Positions 56,568 to 64,000 of a DNA stretch of 64,000 bases are shown piece by piece; position 1 is the stretch's first letter, and each line of letters begins with the position of its first letter. Both the position numbers and the translations under genes were made by a program. The notes below the pieces were generated by a model that worked only from the letters and a program-made list of their open reading frames with translations, had not been told where the DNA came from and did no database searches. Source of the DNA: Candidatus Daviesbacteria bacterium (GTDB taxonomy: Bacteria; Patescibacteriota; Microgenomatia; Daviesbacterales; UBA10151); the NCBI GenBank assembly GCA_016176405.1, contig JACOXG010000012.1:2217-66216 (forward strand), read 5' to 3'.

Positions 56568-56900
56568 ATGAAAAAACAATTTTACACACATTTAGTTGAG
56601 ATAGAATCTATCATAGTTGAATTAGATAAAATGGATTTATCTGAGGAAGAAAAGATGCACCTTGCATCTTTGGTTGATTCCTCTCTGCATCACACAATTT
56701 TGGATGCCATACTTTCTGAACTCTCTGAGGATGATAAAAAAATATTTTTAAGACATGTTCATGAAGATGATCATCAAAAAATTTGGCAGTTTTTAAATGA
56801 AAAAACAAATAATATTGAGGAAAAAATTAAAAAAGCAGCAGATGATTTAAAAATAGAACTTCACAAAGATATTAAAAGAGCAAAACAGGAAAAAGGATAA
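56568..56900 (+). CDS. hypothetical acidic helical protein
   Basis: 110-aa ORF between secD and secF. No family recognised. Confidence 0.35.
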   Translation: MKKQFYTHLVEIESIIVELDKMDLSEEEKMHLASLVDSSLHHTILDAILSELSEDDKKIFLRHVHEDDHQKIWQFLNEKTNNIEEKIKKAADDLKIELHKDIKRAKQEKG

Positions 56901-56904
56901 ACAC

Positions 56905-57789
56905 ATGAACTTAATGAAATACAAACTATTTTATTTTGTATTCTCAATGCTATTGATTTTACCAGGGCTATATTTTTTGTTGACTTCAGGACTGAAGCTG
57001 GGAATAGATTTTACAGGAGGGGCATTACTGGAATATAAATTTGAAAAAAGTTTAGATAAAAATGAATTAAGAGAGGTGGTTGAAAAAAATGGGGTGGAGG
57101 TGGGGCAGATAAATGATAGTGGAGATAAGACCTATATTATCCGGACCAAGCCTTTAGATCAAGAAAAAATTAAAGAAATTAAAAAAAGTTTGAATGATAA
57201 TTTTGGAAAACTAGAGGAAAGGAGAGAAGAGTTTGTCGGCCCCGTGATTGGAAGCGAAGTTTCTCAAAAGGCCATTTATGCCTTGGCTTTGGCGTCTTTA
57301 ATGATAGTTTTGTATATAACTTTTTCTTTTAGAAAAGTACCCAAACCTGCCTCATCTTTCAGGTTTGGTATTGCTGCTATTGTAGCATTATTACATGATG
57401 TATTATTGGTAATTGGGGTTTTTGCCATACTGGGAAAATTTTTAGGTGTAGAAGTAGATACTCTTTTTGTGACAGCTCTTTTAACAATTATTGGATTCTC
57501 GGTTCATGATACTATTGTGGTCTTTGATAGAATCAGAGAAAATTTTTTAAAAAATTTGGGAGGAAAATTTGAAACTGTGGCCAATATTTCAGTTACCCAA
57601 ACTTTAGCCAGATCTTTAAATACTTCTTTAACAGTAGTATTTGTGTTGGTGGCTTTACTTTTATTTGGAGGGGAAACTATTAAGTGGTTTGTGGTAGCAC
57701 TTTTGGTAGGAATAATTTCTGGAACTTATTCTTCAATCTTTAATGCTACAGCTCTCCTGGTATGGTGGGAAGAAAAATTAGGACATTAA
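56905..57789 (+). CDS. secF: protein translocase subunit SecF
   Basis: LGIDFTGGALLEYKFEKS...six TM...VHDTIVVFDRIREN. Confidence 0.88.
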   Translation: MNLMKYKLFYFVFSMLLILPGLYFLLTSGLKLGIDFTGGALLEYKFEKSLDKNELREVVEKNGVEVGQINDSGDKTYIIRTKPLDQEKIKEIKKSLNDNFGKLEERREEFVGPVIGSEVSQKAIYALALASLMIVLYITFSFRKVPKPASSFRFGIAAIVALLHDVLLVIGVFAILGKFLGVEVDTLFVTALLTIIGFSVHDTIVVFDRIRENFLKNLGGKFETVANISVTQTLARSLNTSLTVVFVLVALLLFGGETIKWFVVALLVGIISGTYSSIFNATALLVWWEEKLGH

Positions 57790-59132
57790 ATTTGCTTAAT
57801 TCTCTCCAATAAATATTTCTGATTATTCTTACTAGAATCTTCTAAGACTTCTTCAAAAAGTTTTTGGAGGATTTCACCGATCTTTGGTCCTGATTTGATT
57901 TTGAGTTCTTTCATGACATCGTTGCCATTAACTTTTAAATCAGTGATAGAAAAGGGTTTTTTTAGAACTTCCTTAATTCTTTGCTGAAACTTTTCCATTC
58001 TCCAGGAAGTTTCTGTTTGAGTACCACCACCTAATCTATCACCAATTCTTACTGCCGTCATATCCTCAATGTTCTCTAATCCGACATTTTTTATAAACCT
58101 TCTGATAGCTGAATCTGTTTGGTCTTCTGAAACTGTAAACATATGCCACCTGACTAATTTATATAATTTATCAGTTTGTTTTTTGGATAAATTAAACCTT
58201 TTAGCAATATCTAAAACAATTTTTCCCCCAGCTACATCGTGATTATAAAAAGTGACATTTTTATCTGCTTGGGTAGCTACTGTATCTGGCTTGCCCACAT
58301 CGTGAAGTAGGGCAGCAAACCTGACTAAGGGATCCTCAGATGGCGTATGTTTTAGGGTGAGTAGAGAGTGCTCTCCAATATCATAAATTCGATCATGTTT
58401 AGGGCCTTCTTGTTGTAATCCAAAGCATCTTTCTAACTGAGGTAAAATAATTTGTAGTATCCCCGACTCCCTAAGTTTTATTATACCCATGTATGGATTC
58501 ATAGATTCAAGTATTTTAAAAAGTTCATCTCTGATTCTTTCATTGGCAATTTTTTTAATTAATGAAGCATTTTTTTTAATAGCCTGAAATGTTACCGCAT
58601 CTGTTTTAAATTCCAATTCTGTGGCAAATCTGATAGCCCTAATCAGACGTAGGGCATCTTCTTGAAATCTTTTGGTAGGATCACCCACAGCTTTGATCAG
58701 TTTATGATCTAAATCGTCTTGACCTTGGAATGGATCAACAATCTGACCATCTTCAGACAAGGCCAGGGCATTGATGGTAAAATCACGACGAGCCAAATCA
58801 TCTTCAATTTGATTGGTCCAAGAAACTTTGGTGGGGTGGCGAAAGTCTTTGTAGACCCCTTCCTTTCTCATGGTGGTAATTTCAAAAATGCCATCACCTA
58901 CTGCTAAACCAACAGTGCCAAATTTATTGTCATAAAATCCCTCAGGAATAATTTTTAAAATCTCCTCAGGTTTAGCATCAGTGGTAAAATCCCAATCCTT
59001 GACCTCTTTACCCATTAACAGATCACGCACTGCCCCTCCCACAATATAAATTTGATGTTGGGCTTTTTGAAATTTATCTAAAATAATTTTTACCTCATTG
59101 GGTAATTGATACTTCATGGTGACATTGTACAC
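57786..59132 (-). CDS. cca: CCA-adding tRNA nucleotidyltransferase (PolyA-pol head + HD domain)
   Basis: IYIVGGAVRDLLMGKEVKDWDFTT...RDFTINALA...HD domain ALLHDVGKP. Confidence 0.85.
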   Translation of the reverse strand: MYNVTMKYQLPNEVKIILDKFQKAQHQIYIVGGAVRDLLMGKEVKDWDFTTDAKPEEILKIIPEGFYDNKFGTVGLAVGDGIFEITTMRKEGVYKDFRHPTKVSWTNQIEDDLARRDFTINALALSEDGQIVDPFQGQDDLDHKLIKAVGDPTKRFQEDALRLIRAIRFATELEFKTDAVTFQAIKKNASLIKKIANERIRDELFKILESMNPYMGIIKLRESGILQIILPQLERCFGLQQEGPKHDRIYDIGEHSLLTLKHTPSEDPLVRFAALLHDVGKPDTVATQADKNVTFYNHDVAGGKIVLDIAKRFNLSKKQTDKLYKLVRWHMFTVSEDQTDSAIRRFIKNVGLENIEDMTAVRIGDRLGGGTQTETSWRMEKFQQRIKEVLKKPFSITDLKVNGNDVMKELKIKSGPKIGEILQKLFEEVLEDSSKNNQKYLLERIKQI

Positions 59133-59160
59133 TTAAAGATGTGGTGGTACAATTGCGCCC

Positions 59161-60732
59161 ATGCAATGGAAAATTCTGCCTAAAAGATCTGATGATTTAG
59201 TAGAACAACTTTTATTTAATCGTGGTATTAAGGATAAAGAACAATTTTTTCACCCCAAACTTTTAGATTTTAAAAGAGATTTAGAAATCACCGGAATAGA
59301 AAAAGCTCAAAAGAGAATTCATCAAGCTATTAGAGATAATGAACTAATTATAATTTATGGGGATTATGATGTGGATGGAATTTGTGGGTCTGCCATTTTA
59401 TATAAAGCTCTTACATCATTAGGTGCTAAAGTTTTACCCTATATTCCACACCGACAAAAAGAAGGCTATGGCTTATCAAAAATTGGTTTAGATGCTGTTA
59501 AAAATTCTGGAGCATATTTGGTTATCACTGTTGATAATGGCATTGTGGCCTTAGAGCAAGCAAAATATGCTAAAGAGATTGATTTGGATTTAATTATTAC
59601 TGATCATCATCTGCCTTTGGATAAAAAACCAGATGCTTTGGTAATTGTTCATTCCACCAAAATGTGTGGAGCAGCGGTAGCTTGGTGTCTGATCAGAGAG
59701 ATGGTGAAAAGGGAAATCAAAGAGGAGTTATTGCAGTTTGTGGCACTGGCTACTGTTTGTGATTTAATTCCACTGATTGGTTTGGGTAGAGCATTTGTTT
59801 CAGAAGGTTTAAGAGTTTTAAACAGAACGTCTAATATTGGATTGCTTTGTTTAATTAATGAAGCAGGTTTAATGCTTGGTCATATTGACACTTACGATAT
59901 TGGTTATATTATTGGACCAAGATTAAATGCTATTGGTAGATTAGAACATGCTATTGATGCTTTAAGGTTACTTTGTACAAAGGATGTTGTCAAAGCCAAA
60001 AAATTGGCAAGGTTTTTATCAGAAACAAATACCACTCGTCAGCAAATGACAACTGATGCCATAGAACAAGCAAGGGTAATGGTAGATTCTAAAAAAAAGA
60101 TTCATATTTTAACTTCGCATGATTGGTCACCAGGAATAATTGGTCTGGTGGCTGGCAGAGTTTGTGAGGAATACTCAAGACCTGTAATTGCTATCTCAGT
60201 GGGTGAGGAAATTTCTAAAGGATCTGCCAGATCTGTTGATGGGATAAATATAGTTGAAGTGATTAGAAAATGTTCTGATTTTTTAGTAGATGTAGGAGGT
60301 CATCCAGGGGCAGCAGGATTCTCTATCAAGACTAAAAATATAGATAAGTTTAAAAAAAGATTAGAGGAATTAGTGATAACTTTGCCAGACGAGGTGGAAT
60401 CTGTTTTAGAAATTGAGGCAGCAGTGGATGGAAACAGATTAATTAAAGATTTATTAGAGGATTTAGAAAAATTTGAACCATTTGGGTTTGGAAATCCTAG
60501 GCCAGTTCTGGCCACATATAATATGGAAGTTACAGATATTAGAACTGTAGGAGAGGGTAAGCATTTAAAATTTAAGGCAAATAACATTGATGCCATTGCC
60601 TTTGGTATGGGAGATGTAAAAGATTTACTCCAAAATGGTCAACTAATTAGTCTAGCTTTTACTCCAGAATTAGATATTTACAATGGCTTTGAAAAATTAC
60701 AATTAAAGGTAAAAGATATTAAGTTAATTTAA
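59161..60732 (+). CDS. recJ: single-stranded-DNA-specific exonuclease RecJ
   Basis: DHH domain IIYGDYDVDGICGSAILYKAL...ITDHH...DHHA1 GGHPGAAGFS. Confidence 0.85.
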   Translation: MQWKILPKRSDDLVEQLLFNRGIKDKEQFFHPKLLDFKRDLEITGIEKAQKRIHQAIRDNELIIIYGDYDVDGICGSAILYKALTSLGAKVLPYIPHRQKEGYGLSKIGLDAVKNSGAYLVITVDNGIVALEQAKYAKEIDLDLIITDHHLPLDKKPDALVIVHSTKMCGAAVAWCLIREMVKREIKEELLQFVALATVCDLIPLIGLGRAFVSEGLRVLNRTSNIGLLCLINEAGLMLGHIDTYDIGYIIGPRLNAIGRLEHAIDALRLLCTKDVVKAKKLARFLSETNTTRQQMTTDAIEQARVMVDSKKKIHILTSHDWSPGIIGLVAGRVCEEYSRPVIAISVGEEISKGSARSVDGINIVEVIRKCSDFLVDVGGHPGAAGFSIKTKNIDKFKKRLEELVITLPDEVESVLEIEAAVDGNRLIKDLLEDLEKFEPFGFGNPRPVLATYNMEVTDIRTVGEGKHLKFKANNIDAIAFGMGDVKDLLQNGQLISLAFTPELDIYNGFEKLQLKVKDIKLI

Positions 60733-60781
60733 CTAGATCAAAGGCACCTCACCTTAGGTTCTTCCTTTTGGACATCCTCCG

Positions 60782-61003
60782 TTATTGATTGCCATTATGT
60801 ATTATATCTTTTGTTCCATAAATAGATTGATTAGGTTCCACCTGGATACTCATACCACCATATTCGATTGTTCTACCAATTGGATGATTAGCTTCTTGAC
60901 CCAGATCCATGTCCCATCTGGAACGATTCACAACTTTTTCCATAGTTGCCTGATCACCATTTCGTGCAGCTCTTGCAACAATATCAGCAATTTTTTCGAC
61001 CAC
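60782..61003 (-). CDS. hypothetical small protein
   Basis: 73 aa. GTG start with an AGGAGGTGAAG SD. Confidence 0.4.
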   Translation of the reverse strand: MVEKIADIVARAARNGDQATMEKVVNRSRWDMDLGQEANHPIGRTIEYGGMSIQVEPNQSIYGTKDIIHNGNQ

Positions 61004-61034
61004 TTACTTCACCTCCTCTCATAAATTTTCCATT

Positions 61035-61062
61035 AAAAAACCTCCCTTGTGGGAGGCTTATT
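61035..61062 (-). terminator. Rho-independent terminator (minus-strand orientation; stem CCTCCC/GGGAGG)
   Basis: The minus-strand transcript reads GCCTCCC-acaa-GGGAGG then TTTTTT. Sits downstream of the 61223-61591 gene. Confidence 0.6.
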
Positions 61063-61222
61063 CCTTTCTTTTCTAGGTTAAATTTTACCTAAAAAGACCT
61101 CCCTAAAAACGCTCCTAAAAGGAGCACCAAAAGGAGGCCTAACAAGCTTTCAATTTTTCTTAAATCTAATGCTTCCAGTTTTGACATATATTATGGGGCA
61201 GCTCCTATTAGTATAAAACTAA

Positions 61223-61591
61223 TTATTTAACTTTGTCAACTGGAGCTTTGGGCACTTGAATAGTGAATTCATTACATACCACACAAGGACCCAGAGTTGG
61301 ACCTTTTATTCCTCGATCTTGCTTTAACCATTGTAGATTAGCAGGAAGTAGTGAAGTCAAATCATAAGCTTGATAAGTAAAGTTTTGGATGGTGCATGTG
61401 GGATTATTACAACATACATCTACCAATTCACTAAGAGGTTTTTTCAGTTCTTCTCGAAGAGAACGATTCCACCAAATCTCATGTCCCTTCCTTCTTAAAT
61501 AATCAGGAATCTCAAGGGGTGATCTGATAGGTAATTCCATTCCATGGAAAGACCAAATACTTTTTGTTTCAGTTTTAATTTCTATTGCCAT
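61223..61591 (-). CDS. hypothetical Cys-rich protein
   Basis: 122 aa. AGGAGG SD upstream. C-x-C...CxxC pattern. Confidence 0.45.
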   Translation of the reverse strand: MAIEIKTETKSIWSFHGMELPIRSPLEIPDYLRRKGHEIWWNRSLREELKKPLSELVDVCCNNPTCTIQNFTYQAYDLTSLLPANLQWLKQDRGIKGPTLGPCVVCNEFTIQVPKAPVDKVK

Positions 61592-61801
61592 ATTTCCTCC
61601 TTTCTAACCCACTAAAAAACCTCCGCTTCATAAAAATCTACGGAGGTTAGCTTATTTAGTTAGTTTTTATCAACAAAAACCAACCTCCGCTTTAAGCGAA
61701 GGTAAAGAAGAACTTAAATGTTCTACTTGGTTTTTGCATACTTTGAAAATATATCAATTATTCTCATTCTTGTCAACTGATGAACTTCCCTGCTATTATT
61801 C

Positions 61802-63193
61802 ATGAAGATGAAAAACCGTACCCTTATCCTAGATTGCACTAAAAAAATTGGGGAGAATGTCACCATTTATGGGTATATTCAAACCAGGAGAGACCATGGA
61901 AAAATTTTATTTTTGGATGTTTTAGATAGATCAGGCTTAATTCAGGTGGTAGTTTCCAAAGGTGCACACCTCCGAGGTGTGGGCCAGACGGAATCTAAGT
62001 CTCACCTCGGAGGTGAAATAAGCCCCCAAGATGTAGTCACAATTTCAGGTAAAGTTAATAAGAGGCCCCCAAATTTAGTTAACAAAAATATTCCCACAGG
62101 TGAAATAGAAATTGCTGCAGAAAAGATTGAGGTTTTATCAAAAGCAGAAGAGTTGCCTTTTGATATGGGAGGTAAAGATTTAGATTTACAACTCCCAACG
62201 CTTCTAGATTATCGTTCACTTACTCTTCGTCATCCTAAAGTTAAACAAATTTTTAAAGTTCAAGCAACAATTTTAGAAGGCTTTCGTAAAATTTCTAAAG
62301 AATTAGGTTGTGTTGAGGTGGTTGTTCCAGAGATTGCTGTATCTTCAACCGAAGGAGGTGCAGAAGTTTTCAAAGTTGATTATTTTGATCATAAGGCATT
62401 CCTTACCCAATCACCACAACTTTATAAACAAATGTTAGTCCCTGTTTTTGAGCGGGTCTTTACAATAGCCCACGCATATCGCGCAGAGCCTTCTGTTACC
62501 ACAAGACACCTGGCAGTTGCAACGCAACTGGATTGTGAGTTTGGATTTGTAGATTTTGAGGAGCTTTTAGATCTTTTGGAAAAAGCTGGTACAGAAACCT
62601 TAAAATTTGCCGAAGCAGAAAGTAAAGATGTATTTAAAGAATGGAATTTGGAAACTATTGCTTTTGGCTCGTCTCGCGGAGCGGGCGAAGCGGGAAAGAT
62701 TCCTAGACTGACCTTAAGAGAAGCCCAGGAGCTAATTTTAAAAGAATTTAAAAGAGATAATACTAAGGAGAAAGATTTAACTCCCCAAGATGAGATAGAT
62801 TTGTGTACATGGGCAAAAAATGTGCACAAGAGTGATTTTGTAACTATTACTCATTTTCCCACTCAAGCCAAACCATTTTATACAATGCCTGATCCAAAAA
62901 ATTCTGAGTACTCATTAAGCTATGATCTTTTATTTAGAGGGGTAGAGGTAATGAGTGGTTCTCAAAGGATTAATGATTATTTTCAACTTGTGGACTCAAT
63001 AAAATCTAGGGGAATGGATCCTAAAAATTTTGAAATGTATCTTCAGGCATTTAAATATGGAATGCCTCCTGAAGGCGGATTTTCTTTTGGGTTAGAGAGA
63101 ATGACAATGCATGTTTTTAAACTTGCCAACATTAGGGAAGCAGCACTTTTTCCCAGAGATATGGAAAGAGTGGATATCAGATTAAATAAATAA
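61802..63193 (+). CDS. class IIb aminoacyl-tRNA synthetase (archaeal/eukaryal-type aspartyl- or asparaginyl-tRNA ligase)
   Basis: N-terminal OB anticodon-binding domain. Motif 2 FRAEPSVTTRHL. Motif 3 GGFSFGLERMTM. 463 aa. Confidence 0.8.
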   Translation: MKMKNRTLILDCTKKIGENVTIYGYIQTRRDHGKILFLDVLDRSGLIQVVVSKGAHLRGVGQTESKSHLGGEISPQDVVTISGKVNKRPPNLVNKNIPTGEIEIAAEKIEVLSKAEELPFDMGGKDLDLQLPTLLDYRSLTLRHPKVKQIFKVQATILEGFRKISKELGCVEVVVPEIAVSSTEGGAEVFKVDYFDHKAFLTQSPQLYKQMLVPVFERVFTIAHAYRAEPSVTTRHLAVATQLDCEFGFVDFEELLDLLEKAGTETLKFAEAESKDVFKEWNLETIAFGSSRGAGEAGKIPRLTLREAQELILKEFKRDNTKEKDLTPQDEIDLCTWAKNVHKSDFVTITHFPTQAKPFYTMPDPKNSEYSLSYDLLFRGVEVMSGSQRINDYFQLVDSIKSRGMDPKNFEMYLQAFKYGMPPEGGFSFGLERMTMHVFKLANIREAALFPRDMERVDIRLNK

Positions 63194-63211
63194 TTTTCAC
63201 AAATACTTTTA

Positions 63212-64000
63212 ATGGAAATTTCAAAATATCATATTTATTCTGGAATACTTATCCTGATTGCCATTGTAATTTCCAGCTTGACCAGCCAATTGATTAATTC
63301 TGCTGATCCCTTCCTCGCCAGTCTACAGATTCCTCAAAATAGCTCCAATGTAGCAGGAATTCAAAAATATAACCGTCCTCCTGCTTCTCAGAATTTAGCT
63401 GTTCCAGAACTTTCAGCTCGGGCTATTTTAATCAAAGATCTTTCCACAGATACCATACTTTATGAAAAATATGCCAGTATTGCTTTACCAATTGCCTCCA
63501 CCACCAAAATTATGACTGCCCTGGTGTCTTCTGAATATTTTAAACCTAATTCTCCTTTAACAGTCAAAGAGGGATCTAATATATCGGGAGCCAGAGTAGG
63601 ATTATCTTTTGGAGAAAATTTATCTTTTAGATCTTTACTTTATGGCATGCTGCTCTCTTCTGGAAATGATGCTGCTTATGCTATTGCCGAAAACTATCCT
63701 GGTGGAGTTTTGGGATTTGTTTCTGCCATGAACAAAAAAGCAGATGATTTGAAACTAATTAATACTCATTTTGATAATCCGGCAGGTTTTGATTCTCCTA
63801 ATCATTTTTCTTCAGCTGCGGATTTGGCAAAGATTACCGAGCGAGCCCTCAAAGATTATCAACTGGCTAGGATTTTTGCCACCAAAGAAACCAGTATCGT
63901 CTCTTTAGATAAGAAATATAATCATGAAGTATTAAATCTAAACAAACTTTTATCTTCTGTTAAGGGAGTGTTGGGAGTAAAAACAGGTTATACAGAGGGA
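63212..64000 (+). CDS. D-alanyl-D-alanine carboxypeptidase (PBP5/DacA-like), 3'-truncated by the window edge
   Basis: Signal/TM, SxxK (ASTTKIM), SGN (LLSSGNDAA). The open frame continues to nt 64000. Confidence 0.75.
   Translation, partial: MEISKYHIYSGILILIAIVISSLTSQLINSADPFLASLQIPQNSSNVAGIQKYNRPPASQNLAVPELSARAILIKDLSTDTILYEKYASIALPIASTTKIMTALVSSEYFKPNSPLTVKEGSNISGARVGLSFGENLSFRSLLYGMLLSSGNDAAYAIAENYPGGVLGFVSAMNKKADDLKLINTHFDNPAGFDSPNHFSSAADLAKITERALKDYQLARIFATKETSIVSLDKKYNHEVLNLNKLLSSVKGVLGVKTGYTEG

Overview
This is a 64-kb AT-rich window. Gene content and order suggest a Candidate Phyla Radiation / Patescibacteria-like bacterium: the ribosomal superoperon is compact and lacks L30, many r-proteins carry extensions, and the flanking genes look Firmicutes-like.

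Plus-strand backbone, in order:
- rpoC 3' end, then rpsL-rpsG.
- A 1.7-kb accessory insertion: small membrane protein, YerC/TrpR-like regulator flanked by 28-bp palindromic direct repeats, histidine-phosphatase, and a stand-alone GreA-N-domain protein.
- fusA, then a tuf whose 5' end is missing the P-loop.
- The S10-spc-alpha r-protein cluster in canonical order: rpsJ, rplCDWB, rpsS, rplV, rpsC, rplP, rpmC, rpsQ, rplNXE, rpsZ, rpsH, rplFR, rpsE, rplO, secY, adk, map, infA, rpmJ, rpsMKD, rpoA, rplQ, rplM, rpsI.
- pgm/pmm, then a SAM-I-type riboswitch with terminator upstream of metK.

Accessory block:
- Minus-strand alpha/beta hydrolase, acyP, thioredoxin-like and EEP nuclease genes, with a divergent PD40 beta-propeller gene.
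- tRNA-Pro(GGG), recA-recX, rny split by a frameshift in an A6 tract, hup.
- An 860-aa secreted class-2-lipase-like protein, divergent from an ABC transporter (ATPase plus two ABC-2 permeases) that has a second YerC-like HTH gene embedded behind a structured leader.
- Four GT-C/PMT-family membrane glycosyltransferases.

Remaining genes: miaA, AI-2E transporter, rnpB (RNase P RNA), comM/yifB, a zinc-ribbon mini-protein, DUF4446, DUF3048, wHTH-nucleotidyltransferase, secD, an RlpA-like DPBB protein, secF, cca, recJ, aspS/asnS-type aaRS, and a dacA-like partial gene at the window end.

The most unusual signal is two families of short structured repeats. Family 1 is a 45-105 nt palindromic element with fully compensatory stem changes. 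It sits in intergenic spacers, and also in-frame inside miaA, at the 3' end of pgm (where it supplies the stop codon), at the start of rpsM (where it supplies the RBS and ATG), and inside rnpB. Family 2 is a ~55-nt hairpin present in three copies.
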